Origin: Octopus vulgaris
Lineage: Eukaryota
NCBI GenBank assembly: GCA_951406725.2
Contig: OX597826.1
Coordinates: 77,066,001 to 77,130,000 of the forward strand
DNA length: 64,000 bases
Direction of reading: 5' to 3'
Positions 26,702-41,225 of this stretch are shown here, piece by piece. Under the pieces are notes generated by a model, which made no database searches, was not told the DNA's origin, and worked only from the letters and a program-made list of their open reading frames with translations. A program made the position numbers and the translations under genes. Numbering within the stretch: position 1 is the stretch's first letter; each line of letters starts with the position of its first letter.

Positions 26702-27975
26702 ATATACACCAATATCCCACACGATTATGGTATAGAAGCAATAACCTTCTGGCTAGAAAAATACCCAGAAGTGCTCCTAGGACGCATCAACCACAGATTC
26801 ATAATCGCAGCACTCAAATTCATCCTATTATTTCATGTTCGATACACTTTTACAATCGATAAAAATGTGGAATTGCAATGGGAACCCGAGCTGCCCCGTA
26901 ATTGCGATTCTTGTAATGGGTTACCTAGAGCTTAAAATATACCAATCATTATTACAAAAATTTTGCACCTCATTTCATTGCTATTAAAAGGATAACTGGA
27001 AGAGGTATTTGACGATTGCTTTATACTTTGGAAAGACAGCATGGACAAACTCCTCGATTTCAAAATAATGCTCAACAATATCAATAACAACATGCAATTC
27101 ACCATGGAGCACAGATATAAACAACTCCCTTTTCTCGACATCCTAATTAAAATAGTCAATAACCACATCGAAACACATCTATAAACTCACAGATTCAAAT
27201 CAATACCTATTATTCAACTCATGCTACCCCAAACACATAAAAATTAATATACCTTATAATCTAGCGAAAAGAATCGGTATCATAGTTTCGGACACCTATA
27301 CTCGTGAACGAAGACTCCTTGAACTCAGATCAATACTAATCAAAAGACGTTACTCAATACCATTAATAAATGATGGCTTTAAACGAGCAAAGGAAATAGA
27401 CATACGAACATTAAGGGAAGTCAACCGAAATACTACACCAGACCTTAAAATACCCCCATACATTTCCACACATAACCCTAGAAACAATGAAGCCTTCAAT
27501 ATTATCATTCAAAATATACCCATCCTCACAGAAGATGAAACAATGAACAAAATTTTAGGCTCACACAAAATTATTAAAAGCAAAATGCAACCGAAATCGT
27601 TAAAAAAAATATTAACCAGCGGAAGACTATATCCATTAACAAGAGAACCAAAAGTAGAAAAAAATGTGGTCGACCTAACTGTGGCACATGCTCCTACTTT
27701 TTGGAGGGTTCAGAGTTCCACTTTAAACAAGGTGAAATATTTAAGATTAAATCAAATTTCACCTGTGCCTCGGAAAACCTAATCTATGCTATTACCTGCT
27801 TAGAGTGTGGTAGTCAGTATATAGGCTAATCACCAAACAGGAATATCACTCCGTCGAAGAGCCACTCTCCACAAAGAAGAAATCCGCCACCCACAATACA
27901 GACAGATACAGGTCAGTGAACGCATAGAAAGGTGTGCTAGGAACCTTAATCCTAATTTCCTAATTTTCTCAAATG
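26699..27975 (+). pseudogene. Penelope-like element (probably Neptune-type) RT + GIY-YIG endonuclease, truncated and frameshifted
   Basis: YTNIPHDYGIEAI, CGIAMGTRAAP, WKR(Y)..DDCFILW, FTME..QLPFLDILI, INIPYNLAKRI, Cys linker CGRPNCGTC, TCASENLIYAITCLECGSQYIG..TG.SLRRR..LH. The 5' junction is at a (TA)n tract. Confidence 0.9.
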
Positions 27976-28370
27976 TCCTTTGAGAGAAGCCAGACCCGTC
28001 GAAACTTGGAATTGACAGACAATATTGGTAATAAATTAGACGAGAAAATAACATCTAAAGTCCAAATGCTTCTGTTGGATTATTTAGCTTCGATTTATCG
28101 AAAAGCATTGAAAGAAAAAGTTCGCTTCGTTGATATATTCTTCAAGGAACATCAAATATCGAATCGATTTTCCCATATCAACCTGAAAGCTTAATAAGGA
28201 TCTGATTCGTAGAGCAGGTGTAGATATTAAATATAGAAATAGACTTCTTTCTTACATCTCGGAAAAGATGGAGTGAATCCTCGCTACTCTTCAGGGAGAA
28301 TAAATCCTTATTAAAACGATGCTAATGTAAGTATATCTATTTATGTATCCGAAATATCACCCTTAACACC

Positions 28371-28447
<77 letters not shown>

Positions 28448-29816
28448 CCTCTAATTTATTAAAGACAGATATTTACATATGTCGAATTTGTCTTCATATA
28501 TTTAATGCAGTATGCATAATAAATCTAATTAAAAATATGTTGTGAGGAAATGACAACACTGGACAACGTTAATTGTCTCTGATTTCACTTTCAGTCGACG
28601 AATTAGAAGTGTCGTTAGGGCATCGGGTATTTCTTTGGCATTTGTTTCGGTTTTCTTGTACCCAGAGTTCAACTTTCACGGAAATCAAAATTGCCGATCA
28701 CCTTCTTTGTAGACGATGCAATAAAGTACCCTTGAACATTTGAATCGATATATAACCCACCTTCCACTGCCCTTTCTCATTCTCTTCAATTTCTTTAAGC
28801 TCTGATTTCAAATCTTGCTCAGCCCAGCTCTGCTTTTTAGCTTTCCGGGGGTTCGATGCATAAGTATCACTCATATATTAGATCACTTCTACTTCTTCAT
28901 CAATATCAGCTTGTTATCTTCTTTTTCTCCTCCTCCTTCTCCCCATTCTTACTCTCCCCTTTTTCTTCTTGCTTTCACATCTTCTCTTTCCATTCTCTCT
29001 TTTAGGCTTTGGTGTTGCCGATGAAATTGTGTCTTATCAAAAATAACCGGAAAACGGTTACGAGAAACTACCTCTGTGTCCCCTCCAAGAAATTTCCTTG
29101 AAAACTCACAGAACCTTTTAAAGAAGCTGAATTCATGGTACAGAAACAAAAATTTTCTTTTACTTATTCCAGCAACATCATAAAATATCTCCGGACATAG
29201 ATTGGTTTTATATTTTCCCACAGTATTTTCTCCAAATAATTGGTGCTTTCAGGGAGTGGATAATTAAATCAATATTTTGCGGCTGATTGTGGCTTCCTTT
29301 CTGGCAAAAGAATGTAGCGCGATTGCTCCGATATCACTTTTTCCTTCTGCATCTTACTTTTTGACCGATTTCCTGTCTACCTATTCGCCCGACACTCATT
29401 TTCTTAATATACTTCTCGCTCTCCGACCCATTTCCTCAAGTCACCGTCTCAATCATCCCTTATTTTCGTAGGCCTTTATCAACGATATAATCTTACCTCC
29501 TGCATTTAATAGTAAAGCTAGTCACCAACTATTTTCTATCACCGTCTGACGAGCTGTTATCTGAGAAACTGCAAAACAGATCAACTTCGATTTTTGCATA
29601 TCTTTAAAGTGTGCGTGAGAGAGAGCGTGTGAGTGTGTGTGTGTCTTTGTGTGTGAGAGTATTTCTGTGAGTGTTTCTATGCACATTACCATAATTTATG
29701 AAACTATCTCTCTCTCTCTCTCCTCCCCTCTCCCCCTCTCTCCCCCTCTCTCTTTCTCACTTTCTGCCTGTCTACCTGCCTGCCTCTATCTCGCCCTCTC
29801 TCTCTCTCTGTCTTGC

Positions 29817-29862
<46 letters not shown>

Positions 29863-30244
29863 CATACACACAAGTCTCTATATTTCCCAACGTTGTAATT
29901 ATTGCTTGTACAGGTATGTATGTGTGTCTGCATGTGTGTATACATATGTATATCCCTACACATACATATATATACACACAGACATGCACACACAATCGTC
30001 TATCGCACTCATGAAAACAGCGATCATTTGTCTCTGTGTTGTAAGCATCTGTTTATCGCCTCCCCCTCCGTATTCCAGTTAACTGACAACTTGAGTCTCC
30101 AGCCTCGCTCCATCTTCCTCTTTGGAGAAGGACTATACGACCCTTACACATGTTAAAACAGGAGGTCTCTTCTGTAAAATGTTCTCACTTCTCTGCTCTA
30201 AGCTGAAAGGCAGACGCTATGAAATATTCACATCAAACGCTGCT

Positions 30245-30313
<69 letters not shown>

Positions 30314-30544
30314 TGCTTGTGTCTGCGAATGTGTGTACAGATGTATACGGGAATGTGTGATTATTTAAATAGGTCTAACATATTTATATGCATATCTAAA
30401 CAAAGTATACGAGCACAGACACGCACTTAGGCAAATGTGTATATTTATGTATGCATGTATGTGTATATATGTACACGCGCATAAACACATATGCCCAAGC
30501 GTTTATATGTATACATATGCACACATACATACACACACACACAG

Positions 30545-30587
<43 letters not shown>

Positions 30588-30619
30588 AATATATACATAT
30601 ATATACGTATATAGATATA

Positions 30620-30653
<34 letters not shown>

Positions 30654-30983
30654 TATATATATATATATATATACAGATGCATATATATATATATATATGT
30701 ATGTATATGTATGTATAAATAGATAGATAGATAGATAGATAGGGAGAGAAAGAGAGAGATGTTTTCATGTATTCACCAAATTCATGTTGTCAAACACCAA
30801 TGTCAACAAACTTTGCAGATCACACACACACACAAGGAGAGAAAGAAAGAAAGAAAGAAAGAAAGAAAGGAAAAGATGAATGGCACATCTACAAACCTGC
30901 ATTTCTTAGAAATGTTTAGTGGTGACCAGTGTACAGTAAATCACTATATGAAATACAAAACATATCCGCATACACACACGCAC

Positions 30984-31024
<41 letters not shown>

Positions 31025-31257
31025 TACGTATATATGTATATATATATACATATATACATAAGCATACACAGAGAGTAGACAGGGTATTGAGCCGACGATC
31101 GTAATGTGGTAGATTCGATTGGGTGAATGGACGGGGAGGGACACTGGCCTGCTTGCCAGTTAGAATGATACAAAGGGCACTGTAACCATCGATGTATAAC
31201 ACCATCCTATAGTTTGGTCGTTCACTTGATATATATATATATATATATATATATTTA

Positions 31258-31392
31258 AATTAATAAAAGGACATACCAAGTATGTCTACCTGCTGAAAAT
31301 GACACTCGAAATTCTTATTAAAATCGCCAAAATAAAAGTTTTGACTGCTATTTCCAGCAGGTAGACATACTTAGTATGTCCTTTGATTAATT
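31258..31392. repeat. 43-bp inverted repeat abutting (TA)n
   Basis: 31258-31300 versus 31350-31392, with 3 mismatches. Each arm contains a gacatac..gtatgtc hairpin. Confidence 0.9.
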
Positions 31393-32474
31393 AATTTTAA
31401 TCCTTCAGCTACTTTGTTTGGGGACCGCAATCGCGTATATCATTGATTCTGGTATTATCATTTTTAAATTGCTACCCTAGATAATAATAGTCAATGATAT
31501 CTTCGCAAATTATTTTTGTCGTGAATTATTTGCTCCGTATTTAAATTATATATGTACGTATGGAAGTATGTATGTATTCTGATACCCGGGTGTTATGTCT
31601 TGAAATATGTGAATCGGAATTGAACTGCCCCGGGGTGATTGATTCACATAGAGAAGCAAGCTTGCTTCTTCAGTGCTGGTGCAGACTCATTCTCTGCTGG
31701 GTTTTCTGTTTAGCACTGGATTGGTTATTTTGTTTTTCCTCCCGGTTGTATTTTCAGAATATGTAGTTAACGTTTGAAATCATCAAACGCTTACCACAAA
31801 TAATCTGATTTTACAGTAAGAAGTGGAAAGCATCGAAAAACAAAAATATATATATATTGAAGTTCGAAACAAAAAAAAAAAAACATAAAAGAATTCAGAA
31901 ATTAATGCTCCAATAAATACAGAGGCTACAACAAAAATGATAACAGTTTTTGTTTTAGGCGTAAAATGTCTGATAGTAAAACGAAAAATAATTACAAAAA
32001 AGTAGCGAAATGATAAAAGAAAATGTTTAAAAATATGAGTAAAACACCCAGCGAGCATTTCTGATTCCCATCATGCATTTCGTGGCGTTAATGGTGGTAG
32101 TAGTGTCAGAACACGTGACCAGACCATTAACTTTGACATATTCCGGGAGTCTAGTCTTGGGTATCTATAGAAAGCGATTGAAAGGAAAACTGTGACGCAT
32201 TCGCTCTCCCCAACTGCATTTACATGCATAGGGACATACATAAACATATGTTCACTAACAAACACACACACATACATACACACACACACACACAAACACA
32301 GACGCATTATTCATACATATAGATGCATATATTCACTCTAGAGCACAGTTACTCCATTACATAGCTCCATGTGAAATCAAGTACACTATCGCATTTTTAC
32401 ACAGAAATACACTAAAATACAGACACACATACATACATACACACAGACATACACACACAGACACGCACACACAC

Positions 32475-32546
<72 letters not shown>

Positions 32547-32678
32547 TTATGCATATACACATACAGAGAGAGTAAGAAAGAAAGAGAGCGAGAGAGACGC
32601 CCGTGTGCACCCAAATACTCAAATACATATATCCATGTACATATATATATCTATCTATCTATCTATATATATATATAT

Positions 32679-32722
<44 letters not shown>

Positions 32723-33707
32723 TCAGCCATCCAAACTTGCATACATAGACAAACAAATGCACACGCACACACACACTCATAGACATGCATACACAAACAC
32801 ACACACACACACACACACACACATCTTTATACATAAATACACGCATAAACATTGCCTAAATATGTAACACATACAAACACACACATATCTGGACAGAAGC
32901 AAAGAAATATTCAGTCCAAAATGGCGTATTTTTAATCACGTGTTTTTGGCGTCACTACCATTAGCACAATCGAATGGCCTGATGGGAATGACACTTGCAG
33001 ACGATTGGGTTTCACTGTAGAAACATCATTTACGCCTATAATTTCATAAGTCCTTATTAATTGACATATTTTTCTTTCCCTTCCATTACATTTAGCCACC
33101 GTCGCTCTTTTATCTTCTCGCACTTTCACTGCGCAGCACCACACAGCGCCCCACAGAGCAGCCATTACCCAATACCATCACTAACACCTTCCTCCAGTCA
33201 CCACCACCCCCACCACCGTCAACCATTAACCATCACCACCACTAACACCTCCCCCTCCTGTACCACCGACACCTTCCAATGATACCATCATCAGCTCGAC
33301 CACTAATAATGCCTCAGCCACCACCACCACCACCACCACCTCTATTATCGACAACACCGCCATCACATCCATGATGATGATGATGATGATGATATCATCA
33401 TCATCAGCAACAACAACGGCATCGTTCCGCATCAACACCACCACCATCACCATCACCATCACCACTGCCAGCGAACTCACCGTCATCTGTTTAGCCCACC
33501 AACTCCTCCACAACCATTGACGCTATCCCCACCTCCACCATCATCAAATGACATACTTATGAGCAGTTTTTGTTCTTGTTGATGATGTTGTTGTCGCTGA
33601 CGACGACGACGACGATGATGATGCTGATGATGATGATGAGGAGGAGGAGGAGAGGATGATGGCAATGGGGATGATAGTGACGACGGTGATGATTGTGATG
33701 ATGATGA

Positions 33708-33752
<45 letters not shown>

Positions 33753-34899
33753 TGATGATGATGATGATGATGATGATGATACTGTTGATGTTTGTTGTTA
33801 TTGTTGTTTTTACTTGCCAAGTCAGTCCTGATTAAACAAACATAACGATCAAAGCCCTTCCAAAACCCTTCCAAATGCCCTTTCCCGCTTTCACAGTCGC
33901 ATCCAGGACAACCTAAGACAGTTTACGTCCTTCATTTTGTTTTTTTTTTTTAAGACTTCGTAGTATTATTATACGAGGGAACTTAGCTGCTATTTCCGCC
34001 TAACCGAGCGTCGACGCAGCGATACTTTCATTGTCTTCTATCCACATAGGCACCATGCTGTGTTGATGCTATCGCAGACATTATTCTTGTTATTCTTGTA
34101 ACAGTCACTCTATATTATTTCGCTTGATGTTGTTGTTAGGATCATCAGTCGCCAATATAAAGTCGTTCGGCGCACGAAATGTTTTTTTTTCGTTCTGTTG
34201 TTGGTGTCCTTTCTTTCTGTTGTCGTCGTTGTTGTTGTTATTTGAATTACTGTTGACATTTTTGTTGCTATTATCGTTGAGAGTGTTGTCACCCTTGTGT
34301 TTTTGTTTTCTTGTTGTAGCTCCTTGTTGGTACAGGAGTAGTGATGATGATGATGATGACGATGGTGATGAAGATGATGATGATGATGATCATCATCATA
34401 ATATTATGCTATTATTTGTATTAATGGTGTTGTGTCGTTTATATTTCTGTTAATGTTCTTCTTGTGGTTATTGAAGTTTTTACTGCAATAATTTTTGTTT
34501 GGTTCCGATATTTTCACACATTATGGTTACTTTCTTTCCCATCAACTCATTCCCATTTAGCCTCCCTCATTGGTCACATTCCCACTGAAGCTGCTTTACT
34601 AAACCAATCAAATATATTGACTAGTACACACACTCACACACACAAACACACACAGACACAGAGAAAGAGAGGTTTTGTGTATGTATGTACGTATGTATGT
34701 ATCTCATGTGTGTATATATAAATATATCGAAAGAGAGAGAGAGAGAGAGAGAGGAAGAGAGAGAAAGAGATAAATATACACACATATATATATATATTAG
34801 TATATATGTATGTATGTATATGCATGTGTGTGTGTGTGGCACCAATCTATACATGTGGTTCGTTTACCCCTTCTATTTCTTTTTTAAGTCTCTTGTGTG

Positions 34900-35560
34900 A
34901 AAAGTAGTCAGAATCGCTAGAATTGAGGACAAAACACCTTGCGATTGATCCTCTGACTTTTCTTTCATGGATTCAAATCTCGCCGAGATCAGCTTTATTT
35001 TTCCTCCCTCCAAGGTCAATAAAATAAAGGCCCCGAGAGGATTCAATAGAATAAAATACCAATGAAGAAGTGGGATTGACTCACCCCTCTCTTCAAAATT
35101 GCTGGCATTATACCTAAATCAGAAACTTTTAACAAAACGGGATTAGATTGGCAGAACCATTAGAGTGTCAGAAATAATATTTAGCAGTGTTTGTTCTGGC
35201 TCTTTATATACTGAGTTCGAGTCCCGCCGGAGTCAACTATATTTTCTCGACCTCGAAAGGACGAAAAGCAGAGTACAGTCAAGTACTGCGGTTGATATAA
35301 TTGGCTAATTCGCTTCACCTCTAAATTGGTAACCTTATCCCAATATGTGAAACTATGTCGGTGAGCTGTCAGAGTCGTTAGCGCATCAGAGAGAATGCTA
35401 AGCGATATCTTTCCGTTCAGAGTTCAAATCCCGATGAGACCAATTTGCCGTTCATCTGTTCGGGGTTGAAAAAAATACAGTACCAGTCAGATACTGGGGT
35501 CGATATATTCGACTGTCACCCCTCTCTGACATTGCTGGCCATCTATTAAAATTTGAAGCA
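34900..35560 (+). mobile_element. Three degenerate SINE family A copies head-to-tail
   Basis: Repeated cagaa..gttag / gttcaaatc.cg..gag / gtaccagtc..gtactgggg blocks at about 34900, 35145 and 35360. Confidence 0.7.
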
Positions 35561-35628
35561 ATTATTATCTTATGGCTTTTTAAAAAAATTTACCAGAAAT
35601 CCATTCATTTCTAACGAACCGTTTAAGG

Positions 35629-35852
35629 CAGTGATTCTCAACCATTTTTTTTTACCTGTGCATCCCTTTGGTTGATGTTGCACCCTACTGGACACCTATA
35701 GCCATTTTATGTTTGAAAAGGTTCCTACGATGTTACCATATTATTAGGCATCGTATTAACAAGTTGTTAAAGCGTTTTGTGAATTTTGTAACCAATTTAT
35801 GGCACATACGCTGACAGCAAAATCTTATATGGACCCTAGTTGGGATACACTG
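35629..35852. mobile_element. hAT-superfamily MITE with an 8-bp TSD
   Basis: GTTTAAGG|cagtgattctcaac ... gttgggatacactg|GTTTAAGG. Confidence 0.85.
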
Positions 35853-36328
35853 GTTTAAGGTGATTGAATCAGTCTCAATAAATTACTGGTATATATTGAA
35901 CTAAATCCAGGAGAGATAGATGAACGGCAATGAGAACACTAGCAAGATTTGATCTCAGTTCATAGTGAAATGTCAATCAATGACGGTAGACATTTGATCC
36001 AGTTCTATAGAATATTAATGATTAACTGTGGGAGAACTGTGACCAACTGCTGTCATTTGATTTTCAGATACGATGGCATCCTAGAATACATTATGCAAAT
36101 GAGCCCATATGGAAGACTCTGTGCTACTGCACGGCTTCTTGCATGAATTAACAGCCAAATATCCCTCAAATCATATTTTACCGTCTTTAGGAGGTAAAAG
36201 ACACATTGGTTAATTTAATCCTGAACAAATTCTCAACAAAAAGATGTGATGGTCATAGTTGGCATACCTTTCACTATAGAACTGCTCGAGCAGTGTCGAC
36301 CTCGGGTGAATAATACCGCCCAATGTGT

Positions 36329-36381
<53 letters not shown>

Positions 36382-36382
36382 G

Positions 36383-36446
<64 letters not shown>

Positions 36447-36455
36447 CACGTAGAC

Positions 36456-36549
<94 letters not shown>

Positions 36550-36550
36550 G

Positions 36551-36597
<47 letters not shown>

Positions 36598-36605
36598 GTA
36601 GATGG
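36329..36605. repeat. (GATA)n microsatellite
   Basis: Directly visible, about 270 bp. Confidence 0.98.
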
Positions 36606-37374
36606 ATGGACGGACGGACGGAGGGAGGGAGAGAACGAGAGAAAGAGAGAGCGAGAGTTTGCAGGTGATTTATCTCAGAATTACATTACCAGATGTGTCC
36701 TTCCTGTTCATAAGACGGTTGTGTAATTTAGGAGATATTTTTAGCTGTTATAATTCACCTGTTGAGCGACCACAGCCTTCATTTTGTTCAAAGGCGTAAA
36801 CAATGGTTTCGCCATTTAATCCCTGGTTAACTAATAACAAACTTAGTTTAATTGTCAAATTTAGAGATTATCAGCTAAAGCCGCAAAGGGAAACCATTAA
36901 AATTAGCCGAGATGATTAGATTAAGCTTCTACTCGGCATTTCGTGATAAAAGAATGAGCTTCACTATTTAATCAAGTTGAATGAAATCGAAACACACAAT
37001 GCTAGAATTCAGAATGGCCTCAAACTTCGACGCGCTATTACCGTTGCTATTTAACCGGACATCTTCCCTGTTTTAGTAGACCGATGATGAAAACTGTCCA
37101 AGCAGAGGCAATCGAAACTTCTACTGTTGTCCAGATTTTGTTCCCCACCGACTGCATTATTCAATATGTCCTTCTCTTTTTATGACAGTATCGTGCAATT
37201 TGAAAGACATTTGGCAGTCATTTCTAATAGATTCAACGACCATACATAGGTTATTGCGTCGTCCGCTCGATCAAAGAGTCGTAGAATGTCATTATGGCAC
37301 ATAGGTGACCTTCAGATGACATCGTTTAATTATTAGGGATTTATATATTGAGGTGTTAAATGAGGTCTTCTAAG

Positions 37375-37830
37375 GAGGCGCAGGTCTGGCAATGTGGCTA
37401 CGTAGTTCGCTTTGCAACCACGTCGTTATGAGTTCAAGCCCAATCTCTTCTACTGGAGCCCTGGGCCTATCAATACCTTATGAGTGAAATTGTGAGATTG
37501 AAACTGTATGGAAGCCCGAGGGATATACAGCGATATAGAAAAATTGATATTTGTTACACATGTATCATCTATGTAAGCATGTATGTATGCACGAGTGTTT
37601 ATGTTTTTTTGTTTGTGTTGGTTCCCCACCATCACTTCACACCCGGTGTTGGTTTGTATACGTCCCCGTAGGTTAGCGGTTCGGTTAAGAAGACCGATAG
37701 AATAAGTACCAGACTTTAAAAAAAAATAATAAAGAAAGAAAAGTACCGGGTCGATTTGTTCGGCTAAACACTTTAAGGAGTGCTCCTGCATGGGCGGAAT
37801 CCAATGAATGGAACAAGTAAAAGATAAAAG
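37375..37830 (+). mobile_element. SINE family B, older copy
   Basis: ggcgcagg..gtgg head, gttagcggttcgg..gaccgatagaataagtacc, and aacaagtaaaagataaaag tail. Confidence 0.75.
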
Positions 37831-38153
37831 CTATAATTTCATTCCTATTTAGCTGACTGGCCTTTTATTTCACTGGTATCAGCAAAAAGGAAAAAGAAAG
37901 TTCACACCGGTAGTATTAGAAATCAAACTATAACGGGCAATAAATAAATGCTTCGGAGCATCTTTTCTGATGCTCTACCGACTCTGCAAATCCACCAAGG
38001 TGGAATGGTATTGTTTCTCGCTACATTCACGTGGCTTTCTTCTCTCCCTTAACTTCACCGTTCAATTCCAGATTAACCAACGATAAATTTAACCACAACT
38101 GATCCCGTTAAGTCTTGTAACGTTTATTTTTATTAGATGTAAAACATAAATAC

Positions 38154-38530
38154 CGAAAATAGAAATAATTCATTTCTAAATCTCTCAGAGAGATTTATTA
38201 CAATACGTGTTACTACTGTATAAATCTCTCTGAGAGATTTAGAAATGTATTATTTCTATTTTCGAAATCAGTGAATGTATTTCACTTGAATTATTATATG
38301 TTTACGGAGGCAGACAGGCATCGACAGCGAGCAAGACATGCTACTCCAGACTGATGACGAGCAATGACTCAGAAACTAGTCTCTGGAAGCTGGCTTTGCT
38401 GGGTGGAGGTACTTATCTCCCCCTTCGTAAACATAAGGACACAGAAAATGTGTCATAGCCGACAGAAAGCGGTGCTTCTTAGGGCTAAACAACAGTCGTA
38501 TTCTTCCCTTTCATGGGACTGTCACAGTTA
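38154..38530 (+). mobile_element. Retrozyme-like element, copy 1: 44-bp fold-back + hammerhead + tail
   Basis: Arms 38154-38197 and 38221-38264 (1 mismatch). HHR at 38345-38387. The tail 38393-38528 aligns with 41029-41166. Confidence 0.75.
38345..38387 (+). ncRNA. Type I hammerhead ribozyme with GUC cleavage triplet
   Basis: tccaga CTGATGA c gag-caatga-ctc a GAAA c-ta-g TC tctgga: perfect 6-bp stem I and palindromic ACTAGT stem III. Confidence 0.85.
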
Positions 38531-38869
38531 AATAATGAATATTTTCATAAATTAACACTATTTTTCTAAGCTGTATTCATTTTAAGGACAGCATAAACGA
38601 GGACGAGAATTTACGAATTTTTTCTAAACCAAAACAAAAAGAAAACAAAGTCCTATTTTGCAGAACACACATTTTTTTTAGTATTTTGTTAATCATTTCT
38701 GATCTTAACAAAACCGTTTTATTCAGTCTTATTGGGTGTTAGTTTAAGGAGTAATATTTCATTTTTCTTTATTCGTTAGTCTTCATTCAACTGTTTTGGA
38801 AGGAAATCACTAAACTGGATGGCGGCTAAAGTAGAATGTTCAGTCAGAAATGTTCAGACTGGCGTTATT

Positions 38870-39070
38870 TGTGTTGTTTGTTGTTTAACCCTAGGACAGA
38901 CCTCAGTAGGCATAACTATGATGAAAGATGTTCCAGTCGTGATCATTCTTCTCTTCATACAAAATGCTTCTAGAATTACATAATCCATTGTGTCTTCCCT
39001 CTTATAACGACAATGGAGGCAGATATAGACGCTATTTCTAGCAGAATCAATGACCGCCCAGATGCACTGT
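38870..39070 (-). repeat. Representative of an old dispersed SINE-like family with a (CAA)n tail
   Basis: gttgtttaaccctagg..tatgat.aaag..ttccag.cgtga.ca..gctatttctagcag recurs near 9930-10520, 14520-14890, 15470, 19175-19495, 33800, 36140, 37040, 48125, 49004/50511 and 53475-53845. Confidence 0.7.
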
Positions 39071-39239
39071 AGCGGGTTCGTGGTTGCTCATGCTTCTGAA
39101 TGAAAGAGGGGGGAAAGAAACTGAGCGAGAAAATTAATGAAGAGAGAAGTTGAGAGGCAGTGAGAGAGATTAGAGTCAAGGATAGAGAGAGATTGACTGG
39201 GGATGAGAGACAGGGAGAGAGAGAGAATTATTGAGAATT

Positions 39240-39282
<43 letters not shown>

Positions 39283-40193
39283 ATGATTGGGGAAGAGGAA
39301 CTTAAAGAATTGTCTGACTTAATACGACCAACAGTTCTTTGGAGGGTCTTTAGATAAGCTGCGTTCGAATCGGACTGGACGGCCAGGAAATTAGCCACTA
39401 CTTCACATTTGCTTAAACCTTAGTAACAGAAGCGGAGCGGAAAGGACGTGCCAAGCACTTAACACGCTTGATGATCATTATGTTGCTAGCAAACAGATGT
39501 GGGTTGATATGCATGTGTGTGTGAAAGCGTGTGTGGGTGAGTGAATGTCTATGTGTGTGTGTGTGTGTGTGTCTGTGTGTGTGTGTGTATGGGGACAGAG
39601 GTAAGTGTATGTGTGTGTGTGGATATATATGATTGTGCATATGTATATGTGTTAATGTATTGGAGCGTGCCATTGTGGTGATGGTGTTCGTAGTGGTAGT
39701 AATGGTGAAGGTGGTGGTGGTGGTGGTTGTGGTAGTGTTGACAGATGCGGTGCTTGTAATGATGACAGCAAGTGTAAGGGTGATAGTAATGATTATTGTG
39801 GTAGGGATGATGATGATGATGATGATGGTGGTGTAGAAAAAAAGTGATGACGGTGGTGGTGTTGGAGGCATCGGTGGTGACGAACCAAGGTAGTAATTAT
39901 AACGATGGCGATAGTGCGCGCTCGTGCAATTTCTGGTTCTGCGATCGTTCTGTTGTACTTGTATATTGGGGGCAGCTGTTGAACAAGATGTTTAGGTGGA
40001 ATGAACGGTCAGTAAACAACAAGGACACCAGTTCTGATGATCAAACAAGATTAAAGCGGAAACTGCGTCGCACATAGCAAATGCCGTTTATGTGTTGATT
40101 GCTTATCAGTGCGTTCATCTAGCAACGATCTCCTTCTCTCACTGCCTCATATACATCACTTTCATTTTTTTCTTTTCTCTCTGCCTTTCTCTG

Positions 40194-40238
<45 letters not shown>

Positions 40239-40500
40239 AGTCCCGGTAGATGTAGATGTGGGTGTGTATGAATGTGCGCGTATGAGTATTTGGCCATGTA
40301 TGTGCGTGCGTGTGTGCGTGTGTGTCTGTGTCTGCGTGTGTCTGCGTGCAGGTGAGAGAGACGAATGAGAATAGATTGATAGGTTAATGAAGAGACAGAG
40401 AGCAGGCAAAGGTACTGGCAGATACCTATCTACCTATCTATCTATCTATCAATCATTTCTGTGTGTGCGTGTGTGAGTGCAGGTGAATGTATAAATTTAC

Positions 40501-40558
<58 letters not shown>

Positions 40559-40718
40559 CACACACACAATGAAGTCGATGCCAGTACAAACTATCCGATC
40601 CAGACTCTACTTACGCGGAGACTCGAACAAATGTTTTGGGTCGTTATATTTGATTTGAGAAAACCCTGGTACCGTGCATCGTTACTAAGCGTTGCACGAA
40701 GTGTGTATAAATAGGAAA

Positions 40719-41193
40719 ATAATTATTTCTAAATCTCTGAACGAGAAACATTCAGCAACAGCACTTAGAGTAAAGATTATTTGCCAACATAATGTGGCAG
40801 TCCTGGTTAGTACGAATGCTGCTGTTATTTAGCCCCAGGAAACATCGTCTCCAGCTGACTATCGACGCCCTATCTGCGTCCTTATATTTTTGAATAAGGG
40901 AGTTTAGTGTCCCCACTCAACTCAGAGCGTGCCAATGGTTTCTAGGTTATTTCCCTTCATCAACACGGAATAACTGCTTGGCTAGAGATGACGACACTAA
41001 ATTCTTATTCGAAATTCGTACAGATATTGCTCTGAGCTGAGTGAGGACACTAAGATCCCTTGTTCCAAAATATAAGGATGTAGATAGTGTGTCGATAGTC
41101 AACAGGAGACGATGTTTCCTGATGCTAAATAACAGTAACATTCGTCCTAATCAGGACTGCTACAGTATGTTGGCAAATAATCTTTACTCTAAG

Positions 41194-41194
<1 letters not shown>
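40719..41194 (-). mobile_element. Retrozyme-like element, copy 2: ~165-bp fold-back arms with a decayed hammerhead in the loop
   Basis: Arms 40763-40928 and 41029-41194. Minus strand 40928-40967 reads cgtg TTGATGA a ggg-aaataa-cct a GAAA ccattgg cacg. The right arm ends at (TA)n. Confidence 0.8.

Positions 41195-41225
<31 letters not shown>

Noticed and set aside
28830-29600. Complex non-repetitive stretch that could be an exon or LINE relic
   Set aside because: No recognisable motif in any supplied ORF and no convincing splice pair.
31576-31614. Possible decayed hammerhead downstream of the 31.3 kb fold-back
   Set aside because: Core CTGATAC and the cleavage site both deviate, so it is too degenerate to call.
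40035-40070. CTGATGA...GAAA hammerhead-like match (also 14583 and 46733)
   Set aside because: No compatible stems I and II can be formed.
40763-41194. Long-TIR MITE (Mutator/Foldback type)
   Set aside because: No TSD, homology extends ~45 bp beyond the left arm, arm length differs between copies, and the loop holds an HHR relic.
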